Assembly (NCBI RefSeq): GCF_006345805.1
Contig: NW_021825323.1
Coordinates: forward strand, 930,001 to 994,000
DNA from: Octopus sinensis
Taxonomy: Eukaryota
DNA length: 64,000 nt
Direction: 5' to 3'
How positions within the stretch are numbered: position 1 is the first letter of the stretch; each line of letters begins with the position of its first letter. The notes beneath the pieces are model-generated. The model was given only the letters and a program-made list of their open reading frames with translations, was not told where the DNA came from and ran no database searches. Shown piece after piece: positions 50,780 through 63,157 of the stretch. Position numbers and translations under genes: made by a program.

Positions 50780-51265
50780 AGCTTAAAAAATTGGATTTAC
50801 TTCTTTTAAAGCTCGGTGACTTGATAGATTTAAATCACGACATGAGCTTCAATTCAAGTCAATATGTTGAGAAAAGGCCTCATGCGAAATATGTCATGTA
50901 AAAGATTATTTTGAAAAATTCGACGTAGAAGTACTAAAATATGGATTTGAAAATGTATTTAATTGTGATTGTTTTTATCGATAAACTTCCCAAAAATAAC
51001 TTAAAAAAAGATTCACTGTTCTTCTATGCAGCAGTTTAATTGGGGAAAATTTTGATCCGTTAATTATTGCAAAGTACAAAAAACCTCGGTACCTAAAAAA
51101 ATTTGATGCCAAAGAGTTTGGGTTATTGTATTTGTCTTCTAAAAATGCATGGATGGCTGAAAAGACCTTTATGGACTGACTTACGCTAACAAATGAATTT
51201 TTTTGCAAAAACAACAGAAAAATATTATTGTTATATGACAATGCGGGATGACATGAAACTGTTTA
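50780..51265 (+). mobile_element. pogo/Tigger (CENP-B-like HTH + DDE_1) transposase remnant
   Basis: FKA...LDRFKSRH, ENVFNCD, RFTVLLCSS..GE..PLIIAKYKKPR, KNAWM, RKILLLYDNA. Confidence 0.8.
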
Positions 51266-51584
51266 AAAAGTGAATAATTATTCAAAATGCAAGCTTTAAG
51301 AATAGTTTTTAGATTTATTCAAATACTATTTTGAAATTTATGATATAATAAATATGAAATAAATCATGCAAATTAAAATTTAAAGAACATAGTTTCGGGT
51401 TTTCTAGATATTAAAAAGAAGTTCATTAAGAATCCTTAATAATCTTTATTTTAGAATTGCAAACTTAACCTTATTCTAGAATTTTAAAGTAGCAAAACAA
51501 ATAAAAAATAAATTTATTGTCTTTAAAATATGAAATTATTTATTAATTGATTGACTTTTACAACAAATAGTTGTTATTAGATGC

Positions 51585-52420
51585 TTAATAAGGGTTAACT
51601 TGTTTGCCACTGTGGGACAAGACATGTTTGTTTAGATAGCCGACGTTCGAATATGATTTTCCACAATAATAACAAATAAAATGTTTTTTATGTTTTGTTT
51701 CAATATGCATTGGAATATGTGCCCATAGACTGGCCTGGTCTTTAAAGCATAAATGGCAAGAGTAGCATTGGAATGGCTTATACATTTTTTCATGAACCCT
51801 AAAAAGTTTAAATCTCAGTTGATATTACCGCTTATGAGATAAAAGATTTGAAAGTTGACTAAAATTCTTTCCACAGTGCGGAAAATCGCAAATATATGGT
51901 CTTTCACCAGAATGAGTACGCTGATGTTGTATTTTATGTGTCCGTTGCTTGAATTTTCGTTTGCAAATTTCACAGACGTATGGTTTGTAGTTGTCGTGAA
52001 TTCGTTGATGCTGAGACAAATAAGACGAATAAGCAAATTTCTTTGGACATAGTTTGCACTGATATGGTCGTGGATTCACAAGATGGACATATTCAATGTG
52101 ATATAATAATTTTGCATAAGTTTCAAACGTCTAAATATAATTTATTATTAAATTGATGAGACCATGTTACAAACTTTACAGTTATAGCGATGCTTTGCTA
52201 TGCCTGTTTTATTTTCGAGAAAATTTTGTATTTGATTATTGTTAAAAACCATCGATGTTGGATTCTTAGACATTGTTTCTTTGTTAAAACGATCATCATA
52301 TTTAATGATATTTTGATTCGATTTTTTTCTCTCAAATCCATTGTTTGTAAGCTTAAGCTGATTAAAAATTTCACAATTATTTGACGGATCATAATATTTG
52401 TTGTTGTTTGAATGATTCAT
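51585..52420 (-). CDS. lin-29: C2H2 zinc-finger transcription factor, lin-29/rotund/ZNF384 family
   Basis: FAYSSYLSQHQRIH, QHQRTHSGERPYICDFPHCGKNFSQLSNLLSH, FQCYSCHLCF, HIPMHIETKHKKHFIC, GKSYSNVGYL follow the lin-29/rotund finger array; introns of 32 and 30 nt. Confidence 0.88.
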
Positions 52421-53220
52421 GTGTAAATAATTACAAAATAAATTGTTACATTGTGGAAAAAGTTGTTTTTATATAAAACCATATAGAAAAAGTAGCATAT
52501 GGTTCTTTATCATAATGTTTTTATTATAAAGTACCAAATTGGAATTGATTAGAAAATGAAAAGCATTCTAATCATAGCACATCTTGAGAGTATTTGATCT
52601 AGTCTCATTAACAATAATACATTATTTTCAACTCAAAAGTGACCGACGGCATATGGGCTAACTATCAATGAAATTCTTGAAATATATCTCTGGATTGCTC
52701 GTAACTTGTTTGTCAAAGGAACTGACGCTAAACTATCAAATCTAATCTAAATCACATTTCAAGATGATCACATCACATTACCCCTGATCACATTACCGAT
52801 GAAGAATCTCCATTATGCAAAACCCGTCCGGATCCAAATGAAGTGCGGTGAGCTACGGTAGGAGGCTGACAAATGGGAACTGGACATATCAGAATTCCCC
52901 ACCTCTCTTTGGAGACGAATGGCTGTAATGAAGATTTGGAGGCTAATGTTGATCGGCACAAGCAATCCCTTCGTTCCTTGCTCCTTCATTTGATTAGTTA
53001 GTTGTGACTGTTTGTGCTGGGCTTGCCATGTTGTGCAAGCTTGGGGGTTATAAATAAATAGATACATTTCAAAGTGAAAGTTTAAAAAAGTGAAAATTTC
53101 AACTTTCCTAACCACATAAGGTTCCAAAAATTTAGAACATTAATCCCTTTTCACGTGAGCCAACTTGGAGTTTTTTTTATTTCTATGATTGTGGGTTCTT
53201 TTTTACTTTTTAGCATTGAT

Positions 53221-55402
53221 TATTATTATTATTAAAGCAATCTCGCGGAATCAAAAAGTTAATTAAGATTACACTTTTGCCATCCGACTCAGGATACGCT
53301 CTGTTAGTCGTATCCACGCTCCCCTGTTACGTGCGAGGTATCTCAGTTCGTCCAGATCATCGGCCGATTTCAGTTTTCTTCCAATCGACGTGAGATCATG
53401 GTCGAGCGTAGTCGGTAATGTTGTTCTTTGTCGGCCCCTATATGCCGTTTTATTTAATGAGCAGAAGTACAGTGCCTGACAAAAAAATTGGATTTGTAAT
53501 AAATCGACTTTTTTTAAAAATAAATTATAATTTAATTTTCTTACATCATTCTTGGCAAAATTATAATTATTTTTTTAATTTTTAAAATTATTTTTGGTTT
53601 TTAGAATTTAATTTTAAAGCAGAATTTAAAATTTGCCGGACAAAAAAATTGGATTTTCGTATAAATGAAGCGTAATTCAAAAATCCATTTATCTGATTTT
53701 ACAAAAGGAGTAATAATTAGATAGTACTCTTCAGGAAAAACAATTGAAGAGATATCTAAAATACTGAAAATTCCCAGATTGACCGTAAGATTTGTGACAA
53801 GAAAATTTTCCAAAGAAGGCACCACTACGCGAAAAATTAAATCTGGGCGTTTACCGAAACTCTCTTCAGATCAAAAAAACACAATACAATTAATCTCGAG
53901 GGATGAACCCTCAATTTCTGCTGTGTCTCTTTCTGAGATAGCAAAAACTCAATTTAATGTGGACGTATCTCCCAGAACAATTGGTCGTATACTAGATTCA
54001 TTTGGATTACATGCCCGAGTTGCAAAACACAAACCTCTTTTAACATCAAAAAACATCAAATCCAGATGGTTAATTGCGAAAAAGTTTTTAGCCATATCTG
54101 ACGAAGAATGGAAGAAAGTCATCTTTTCCGATGAGTCATGTTTTGAGGTCTATAACAGCAAAATAAGGATCTATAACAGCAAAAAAAACGGTACTGCCTA
54201 TGAATAGTCCAATATCGTACCTACTGTTAAGTATGGTGGAGGAAAGTTATTGGTTTGGGGATGTTTCTCATATGAAGGCGTCGGTAATCTTGTTATTATA
54301 AATGGAAAAATGAACAGTGCTTATTATTTAAACATTTTGTCGAATAATCTGAAGCAATCAGCTCTAAAAATGGGGTTAAACTCATTTATTTTTCAACAAG
54401 ATAATGCTCCATGCCACAGTTCCCGAGTAGTTAAATATAAAATTCTTGATTGGCCGTCTCAATCACCTGACCTTAATCCATTGAGCATGTTTGGGCAATG
54501 ATGAAGAGAAAATTATTGCAAAAACCGCCGAAAAACTTGAAGGATTTGGAGACAAAATTAGTTGTGATATGGGAGTCAATACCGAAAAAATACCTAGAAA
54601 ATTTAGTTATGTCAATGAAAAAAAGAAGTTCGGAAGTTTATGAAGCACGTGGAGGGATTTTAACTTATAAAATTTTAATTTGTTTCATTAAAATAAAAAA
54701 TCCAATTTTTTTTGTCCGGCAAATTTTAAATTCTGCTTTAAAATTAAATTCTAAAAGACAAAAATAATTTTAAAAAATAAAAAAATAATTCTAATTTTGC
54801 CAAGAATGATGTAAGAAAATTAAATTATAATTTATTTAAAAAAAAGTCGATTTATTACAAATCCAATTTTTTTTGTCAGGCACTGTAGGATTCTATGTTC
54901 TGATTAGCCGGCGTCATTTCCGAGGCTCTTAGGACATGTCCAAAGAACATCCACTTCGTGGACATCACTTTCTTTGCAATCTCGGATGTATGGGTAATTC
55001 TGTAGAGTTCATTATTGGTCATCTTTTTGGCCAGTGATTTCCCAGGAGTAGTCGTAGTTGTTTTCTGTGGAAAGAGTTGAGCTGCTCCAGTTCTTTAGCG
55101 GTTAGGCCCCAGGTCCCCGCGTTGTAAAGCAAGATTGGTTTGACAAAGGAGTTGTACAGCCGAATTCGAAGGCGGGTTCCTATGTACTTGCGCCTCATCC
55201 AGATCGTCCACATTTTTTTGAAGTATGCAACAGCCAAAACTTTCCTTCGAATAACGTCCTCCGAGTCCCCAAGGAGAGATCCAACTTTCTTGCATGTTCT
55301 CCACTTCTCCTCGTTTCTCGTCCCCAGGCGGGATATGGTAGTTCTTTCCGTTTTGTCCGGGTTTATTACAAGGGACCAGTCTTTCAACGAATGAGGGATC
55401 AC
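53221..55402 (-). mobile_element. 5'-truncated RTE-like LINE hosting an IR/DR Tc1
   Basis: KKVGSLLGDSED, LYNAGTWG, WMFFGHVLR, ESY|FCS..YRGRQRTTLP (frame restored on removing the Tc1); (TAA)n tail; 12-bp TSD tttagcattgat at 53209-53220 and 55403-55414. Confidence 0.92.
53470..54885 (+). mobile_element. Tc1-like transposon with about 190-bp IR/DR-type TIRs, defective transposase
   Basis: TIRs 53470-53657 and about 54697-54885; TA on both sides; 18-bp direct repeat gacaaaaaaattggattt at both ends of each TIR; VIFSDES, VWGCF, FQQDNAPCH, SPDLNP; stops and a frameshift. Confidence 0.95.
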
Positions 55403-56462
55403 TTTAGCATTGATAGACAAACAAATCGGATAGAAAATCTTTTTGTTCTAATCATAATAGATCTATGTCATTTTAAACAAGTTTTTTTTAAAAACGTGAT
55501 AATTTTAATGAACATTTCCTTGCACTTTTTAGCCTAGAAAACGTCAACCATTTATAGTAAATTAAAAGATTTTTTCTTTCGAAAGATAACAATACCTGAG
55601 AAACTGCCACTTTTATTACGCCATAAAAATATTTTTTGTGGATTAAATTAAATGACTTAAATTTCTGCGTCCCTCGCTTTTTACAAAAACAATCAGAATC
55701 AGTATGGTAAGAAACTTAGGTCTTTTTACAAGAAAGCGCACTGTTAGCTTTTAGTAAAAACTATAGACGTAAAAATGTTGATTTTGAAAATATTTTAATT
55801 TAGACCTATAATTAACATGACTCGACTAAAGTGGCTGGTCACCCAGGGATCAAACAAATCTTCAGGCGTTGATTGGGTAGAATGAGATTCAGAAAGAATT
55901 ACAAAAAATAAGATAATATTTTTATTTTTCAAAAGAGTCTTTATGTTATATTTGAATCTTTCTATGAATAACGAAAATATTATTATCGATTTTTGAGAGT
56001 AAACCAATAAAAAACTTAGATTCCTTCAAATCTGCCGACTAACCATTAAAATTAGACAGAAATAAGAGCATTGTCACATAATTGATTGACTTTTAAGAAA
56101 TATAATACTTTGCACAGCATGGCTTTTTTATTGATACAAAAAACTGCCATTCAGCGAAGACGATGAGTGCTATGAGATTTCACATGTACAGACACGTTTT
56201 CAAAGTCAAGTATCTCCAGAGGACGCAGTAAACAAGGTCGAGGGTTTGGAAACCAAGAAAATGACAAACTATCGCGGACCACCATCTTTTTGCCTCCGTC
56301 GTATTCAAAACTTCAAGATCGCTGAAACACGCATGACAAACTTTATCCATGATATCGAAATAAGAATTGCTTTTCAAAGATATGAACATCGGGGATCTAT
56401 CGGAGAATTTTGGCGGAACATTTCCGCGCACGGTTAATTCTTTCTTATTTTTTTATATAAAC

Positions 56463-57900
56463 AATTATTATTATTATTATTTAAGCTAAACAAAATCACC
56501 GTCTTAACCATTAACTAACGTTCAGGTGATTCCGACACTTCTCAACAGTCGAGCATTCTTTTCACGATGTTCCCACCGTGACCCCACACACTTTCTGTAT
56601 GTAAGGTGAATGGTTTGTGGTCCATTTCCACGATCCCCCCCATTTGCCTCTACGAGAGACTCCAGTGTTCTATGGACAATTTCCCTATCGGTATGGTATT
56701 GATAAAAACTGGAGAAAAAAAGGAAACTGGGATCTCTACTTGGTGATAGTGGGGAAATGATGTATAAAAGAGTCCTAGCTAGTGCAATGTATAAAAATGC
56801 AAAAATATGGAGTCGACCAAATGTAGATTGTGGGAGAAAAGGAAGGCTTTTGCAAAATTTATCTTCTTTATACAGGTTGATACGATCGATTCTACGTGAG
56901 GTGAAAAACAGAGGAAAGTATCAAAGGTTACTCCCAATATCTTCTGTGTTTTCTTTTGTGGTATTGGAATTCCGTTCAACGTGACATCAATAGTTTTCGT
57001 CCCCACCTTCCTATTTTTCGTGAATAGAGTGACTGCTGACTTTTCGGAACATGCATGTAGTCTGTTTTCATATAGCCATCCATATAAGTCGTCCAGTATT
57101 CTTTGTAGTCTTTCCTTCGCGTATTCGACATTTACATCCCTAGATGCGACAACTATGTCGTCGGCATAGGAGAGTAGTATGTCATTATTATCCATAGGAA
57201 CCGGGAGATCATTCAGAAACAAGTTGAAGAGGGTCGGGGATAAAGGAGAACCCTGAGGTACACCATTGGGCAATAAGCGTGATCTTGAACTCTCGTGCCC
57301 GACGCACACTTTCCCACGACGTCCGCTCAAAAAATTCGCTATCCATAGCTTCATAGGTGTAGAAATATTTGTACCAAATATCTTTTGAATTAGGATCTTC
57401 CTTGGGACGGAGTCAAACGCTTTTTCAATGTCGATAGTGCATACAATCGATTTCTCCTGCAATTTCTTCTTTTTGTGTCCTTCATTTATGAAATCTGTTA
57501 GTGTGGTAAGGAAGGAGGTCGTTGACAATCCTTCCTTGAATCCATGTTGGAATGTAGATTGTGGGAGAAAAGGGCGAATATGTTTTAGGACCAGTTTTTC
57601 CAAGATTCTTGACAACACACATTTAAGGGATACTGGTCTATAGGAGCCGGGGTCGTTCTTCGGTCTTCCAGGTTTTAATATTGGCCAGATTTTTGATAGT
57701 TTCCATAAGTTCGGTATAGAGTTCGTGATTAATGACGTGTTATAGATCGTGGTTAAAGCATTTATTGAAACAGGGCCCAAGTGTTTTAGTAGAATAAGTG
57801 GAATTCCATCCGGTCCACATGAGTTTGTTTTCTTCTGATTCGAGATTGTTTCAGACACCTCTTCAGGAAGAAAATAAGTCGTCGGGGCCTTTTGGATGGC
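56463..57900 (-). mobile_element. Jockey/I-like LINE RT fragment with internal deletion
   Basis: CGPDGIP, SYRPVSL, QHGFKEGLST, IDIEKAFDSV, GVPQGSPLSPTLFNLF, SYADDI, KILGVTFD; (TAA)n run at about 56464-56480. Confidence 0.88.
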
Positions 57901-58582
57901 TTTGATTTTAATCTTGGCTGTGATTTGATTTTAATCATGTATAACTTTTATAATAAAATGATAGCTTTTATAACTTTTATAATAAAATTGTGTATTCTTT
58001 TTAACTCATTTTCTATTAATTATTTTCATAACTTCAAATAAATATTAATGAAACTGCATTTTAATTGAAAAATGTCAAAATTTATGTGGAAAAAAATGAT
58101 GAGTCTATGAAAGAAATATGGATTTTTTCTGCAATAAGATATAAATGATTATTTTGTGGTAGTTTCCTACTTCTTAGAAATGATTGATTAGCCGTAATTT
58201 CAATAAAATTGACTAGTAGATTCTGATTAGTATAAATGCACTTTCATTTTTTACTCGTTATTAAAATTATCATGTCGACGAGGAAAGAGCATTCTTTGAC
58301 CTCAAAAACGAGTTGTAACGGTCTAATAAAAAGGTAAAAGTTATGGAGAGATTTCTAAATTGCTGACATTACCAAAAAGTACTGTTTGGAATATTATTAT
58401 CCATTAGAAACAACAAAGAACTGTTATTCATCGACCAAAATCAGGTGCTCCGAGACGTTCTTGCTCACTAATTAAAATAATAGTTTTGGAATATTTTAAC
58501 AATAATAGTTGGTTTAAGGAAGCCAAAAAACATTCATTAATTGGAAACAATTTGCTATGAAGAATGGGGAAATATTAGTCAG

Positions 58583-60890
58583 ATGCCGTCTGGTCCCGAA
58601 GATGGATATGTGCCGAACAAATAAGAACATATTGATAAAAACTGGAGAAAAAAAGGAAACTGGGATCTCTACTTGGTGATAGTGGGGAAATGATGTATAG
58701 AAGAGTCCTAGCTAGTGCAATGTATAAAAAATGCAACAAATATGGAGTCGACCAAAGCTAATCAAAGCATAGCTACGAATAAGATTATACAACTCGTATA
58801 TAAAGCCAGTACTTGTGTAAAACTCGGGTACATGAGGAGTAACAAAGTTAGAACTCAGGAAAATAGGCACATTTTATCGAAAGCGATTACTTGGCCTAAA
58901 TTGACAAAAAAGATTTCCAACAAGAAATTATACTCTATATCAGGCCTGGCCAACCCAAATCGCATCGCGGGCCACTTTGTCCAAATGAATCCTTTCCGCG
59001 GGCCGCATATACATGTACATACTAAGGATAGATATCAAAACAACACAGATAAGATTTTATTTAGTAAAATAGCATTCAGTCCAATTATACGTATCAATGA
59101 GAAATCTGTTTTTCTTTATCTTCACTTAATTTTTTCAAATCAACTTCACAATTACTAGTTGCACATCTTAATTGGTTTTCTAAGTTTTTATCTGTTAAAG
59201 AAGATCTATATCTACTTTTACTAAACTTTAATTTTGAAAAGAATGATTCACATACGTAAGTAGATCCAAAGGAGCTTACAACTCTTTGTGCAAAAATTCT
59301 TAAGTTGGGACATTTTTCTGCAGTCACATATTTGTTATAAAAGTCAATTTTGGATATAGTAGGATAAACAAGTCTTAGTTCACTGTTGCACTGTAGGTCA
59401 ATTATTTCCGTCTGCAAAGTATTTGAAACAATAGAAACGTCAACATGAAATGGAGAAGAAAATGTTTCAAACATTTTCTCATATTTTTTTAGTTCCGAGA
59501 ATCGACTGTCAAATGCTGCAGCAAGATTTTTTATTTCATCAGCGTACTTGAAGAAATTTTTACAATGGCTGATTTTAAATTGATTTAGCGTTGGAAAATG
59601 TTGATCATTTCCATTTCTTATTTGACATTCAAACAATGACAATTTCATTCGAAATGCTTTGACTTGATGGCATGCATTAGTAATCAAATTATCCTGTCCT
59701 TGTAACTCCTTGTTTAATTGATTAATTTTTTCGGTTATATCTACCAAAAAGCACAGATCTAGCATCCATTCTTCATCATTTAATTCAGTTAATGTCATTT
59801 TCTTATGCATCATAAAACTTTTGATTTCTTCTCTCAAGTCGAAAAAACGTTTTAAACATTTTCCGCGACTCAGCCATCTGACATTGGAAAAATACACAAG
59901 ATCACCATAGTGAGAATATAACTCGTTCAATAATTCTTTAAACTGGCGATGTTGAAGTGCATGAGAACGAATGAAGTTTATAGTTCTTACAACCACACTC
60001 ATAACATGGTTCATAGACAACACTTGCGCGCACAAATTGTGTTGATGTATCAAGCAGTGTATTACAAATAAATCATTTTTTATCTAAAAAAACTGCGACC
60101 ACTTCGACAAAAGTACCGAATTTAATAGTCTTTGCTGATTTCTCAATTCAGATTTAAGCGAATCCAGTTTCCTTGTTTTCAATTCCTTACTAAATTTCGC
60201 GTATTCGGAATGCTTTGTTTCATAATGTCTTCTTACATTGTACTCTTTCACCACCGATACTTTCTCCTTGCAAATTAAACATGTTGGCTTGGAATTATGC
60301 ATTATAAAAAAGTAATCTTCTTCCCAATGATTGCTGAATTGCCTGTTTTCTTCAAAAATTTTCCTTTTCTTCATATTGATAACAGCTACAAAAATAGATA
60401 AACTTTAAAATTTATTAAACTTATAAAATTTATCTTTATTTATTAAACTTAAGAAAAATTTATCTTGAATGTATTTATAGGTTAACTACATACAAAATTT
60501 CTCTCGCGGGCCGCACCAAACTCCATCGCGGGCCGCATGCGGCCCGCGGGCCTTGGGTTGGCCAGCCCTGCTCTATATGATACAATCGGTTCCAATAAGA
60601 ACTGAAATTATCGAATCAAGATGGAGGCTATTTTTAAATATACTTAGAAAGGACATTAACACTTCCGCAAACATTACAATGGACAATTACTTTGACAATG
60701 AAAACAGAAAATTGTTCGAAGAAAGACCTAAATTTACTCTCCCTGTTGTTCTAAACAAGAATCTTAATAAAATTGGAAAAAACCCAAATGTGCGGACGAC
60801 CTAGAAGAACTATGAAAAGACGCAAAAAACAGATAAAGAAATTTGGTGAATAGAATCTCGAAACGTGTGCCACGAACAGAATCTTGATTA
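58583..60890 (+). mobile_element. Degenerate RTE-like LINE hosting a hAT element
   Basis: DAVWSRRWICA, KLGSLLGDSG, WPK..KKISNKKLYS, then after the hAT IIESRWRLF..PKFTLPVVLNKNL. Confidence 0.8.
58941..60570 (-). mobile_element. hAT transposon, Buster/Charlie/SPIN (GTF2IRD2-like) group, internally deleted
   Basis: TIR cagg(c/g)ctggccaaccca; 8-bp TSD ctctatat (58933-58940, 60571-60578) with central TA; PTCLIC..RRHYETKH, HCLIHQHNLC, VRWLSRG, FGSTYVCESFFS; gcgggcc subterminal repeats. Confidence 0.95.
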
Positions 60891-60897
60891 ATTTACA

Positions 60898-61280
60898 TTC
60901 TATTATTCCCGTTCAGGAAAGGACTGGCACTCGTGTGGGATGTTACCTGCGTATACTCATTTTCCTCATCATCGCTAATCGACCCTGCTTCCCGTCCTAG
61001 ATCTGCATCTGCCCTTGCCGAATCTACAAAAACTGCAAAATATGGCTCTTTGACCGATACCTGCTGCTTCATTCCTCTGGCTTTCGAGACCAGCGGGATA
61101 ATTGGACTCAAAGCGCTCAAACTACTCTCAGAGATTGGTTTAATCATCTCGGGGAGGAATGAAACGAGCTGGCTTTTTCAGCGGACATCGTTCGCAATAT
61201 TACGTGGAAATTGCCTGTCCATCCGCTCGGCGACTTATCTAATTTAGTTAACTTCTCGTTTTCTTGTTCTACAGAAAAAA
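60898..61280 (+). mobile_element. 3' fragment of CRE-like non-LTR retrotransposon
   Basis: LVWDVTC...AESTKTAKY...FIPLAFETSGIIG...WLFQRTSFAILRGN; A tail; 8-bp TSD aatttaca at 60890-60897 and 61281-61288. Confidence 0.85.
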
Positions 61281-61438
61281 AATTTACAAAGCGTTCCACG
61301 ACTTTTTTGTCCCACTGTACCTATAAAGACTTGATTTTATTATGTTAAATTCGAATATTTGGACACCACACACCAGGATACACATTGAAAAACTTAAAAA
61401 TAATCAAATGAAAGAAAAATGTCCAAATGAAAGAAATT

Positions 61439-62198
61439 CTACTTATTAAGTGCGAATTTTCTGGCCAATTTGACTTGTTCGATCCATGTCTTGAGCGAGC
61501 CATTTTGTGCCACGACTTTAGCGTTGGAGCCATCAGGAATAATCTGATTACTTGCCCTTAGTCTTTGATATTCACTTCTCTCTATTTGAGTGAATCCCCA
61601 ATTACGAGACACAGCAATCTTTTAATTCACAAATATTCAGCCAAACCACATGCTTCCCAGCAAATTTATGCTTGGCTCTTGTTAAGGCAATTTGGGCCTG
61701 CTTGACATGGTGGAGTTTCCCTCGGATAGACAGAAGGATCTGCCCAATGTCAACTCTCGCTGCTGTCCCCACGGGCTTCCCCCAGGCATGTCTCATTCCA
61801 GTTTGAAGTCTATCAGCCCCAGCACACGTGAGGACTTTATTCGTTCTGATGACATGGAAAGGATGGACATGAATTCGGAGATGATAATTTTCTTTTCCGC
61901 ACTTTTTGTCCATGTATCTGTTTGCAGCAATTCTAGCAGCCTCTAAAGCCTCAGATGAAATTTGTTCTCGTTCTTTAGAGATTAAATGCACACAAAGTGG
62001 TAGATCGTCCACCTTGGCCTTTTTCCGTCCACAGTCATAGACTCTGACCCTCGGATCTGGTGGTACAGATAAGGACAATTACCAGGAACTCCTCGACAAA
62101 ATCTTGATTTTGGAAAAGGCTTGTTTTTCTGGTATCGAGAACTATTAAAATATGTTAGGGATATTTAAATTGAACCATTTTGCTGGCTTTCGTCCCAT
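61439..62198 (-). CDS. RPL10: 60S ribosomal protein L10 (uL16)
   Basis: [54 protein letters not shown]; introns of 34, 26 and 28 nt. Confidence 0.98.
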
Positions 62199-62209
62199 TT
62201 AGTAGTAAT

Positions 62210-62268
62210 CTATATAAAAATGTAAAATGAATTAAAATAATTGCTAATTAGGATACCAACAAGAGGAG
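62210..62268 (-). promoter_or_regulatory. Probable 5' TOP-like pyrimidine tract and 47-nt 5' UTR intron of RPL10
   Basis: ctcctctt at 62268-62261, followed by gtatcc...atatag (62256-62210) ending 11 nt before the ATG. Confidence 0.5.
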
Positions 62269-63157
62269 CACGAGCTGTAATTTGATTAAAAAAATTAAAA
62301 GAATATTTAAATATTATAATTATAAATAGAAAAATTCTTTTAATATATAATTTTAACATGATATTCATTTATTTGAGCATTCTTAACTTAACCAACATTC
62401 ACAAGAGCGGAATAAATGGGGTTCAGCTTAATTTTTATTTGTTTTGGTTACAAACTCTAAATTATCTTTAGTAACCACTTCCACTAGAAAATTCTTTTAG
62501 TTGTGAATAATTTGAAAAGGTTAGATCTCAAATTCTTTAATGAAACTGTTAAATGTGTTCTACCCAGCGTCTGGTTTTTAGCGATAAAAGAACAATTACC
62601 GTTTTTTGGTTTCTCATAAAATCTCTAAATATTGTTTTTAACTAAGTGATTTAAAATTTTTTTTCTAGGTCTAAAAGACTTAATCAATAGAAACAGTAGA
62701 GGATTTTTCAGTTATACAAACAAGACATCAATAATACTATTGATCATTTTAATTATCTTAAAAGCATGAAAAAAGCGTTTTCAATTTCTTTCTTTTTTGT
62801 CTTTAACTAGGAGACACGAAGCTGCTTGCTTCTCCAAAACTTGCAGGTACAAAAAACCAAGAAATAAGTTCAGGAATGTCAGAATCACTTATTTAAATTA
62901 ACTATAGATAATTTCTTAGTTTTAGACTTTTCTTAATCATTTATTTCAACGATTTTTAGTTTTGCCAACATTTTTGATTTTCTCAAAAGTTTAAAAGTCT
63001 AAATTCAACATTGGAAGAAAATTAGACAGGTCAAAGGATTGTAGAAATCAAATTTAAAAATTAAAATAATTCTAATTTCCCATTTAAATTTATCTAAAAT
63101 TACATTTTAGAATTTTGAGTAAAAGATGGATAAAATTAAAGTAAGATATCAAATTTA

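Larger units (their letters stand above)
58270..61317 (+). mobile_element. Internally deleted Tc1 remnant hosting nested RTE, hAT and CRE insertions
   Basis: GKSYGEISKLLTLPKSTVWNII and HRPKSGAPR (N-terminus) plus CYEEWGNISQ (C-terminus) at 58270-58583; Tc1-like right end acttttttgtcccactg-TA at 61301-61319. Left TIR not found. Confidence 0.5.

Noticed and set aside
52790-53050. GC-richer coding-like patch
   Set aside because: No consistent frame or motif; probably TE or gene debris.
56148-56437. About 95-codon open frame next to the jockey-like LINE tail
   Set aside because: No clear start and no recognisable motif.
10255-61280. All four CRE-like stubs lie on the + strand
   Set aside because: Chance of a shared orientation is 1 in 8; not significant.
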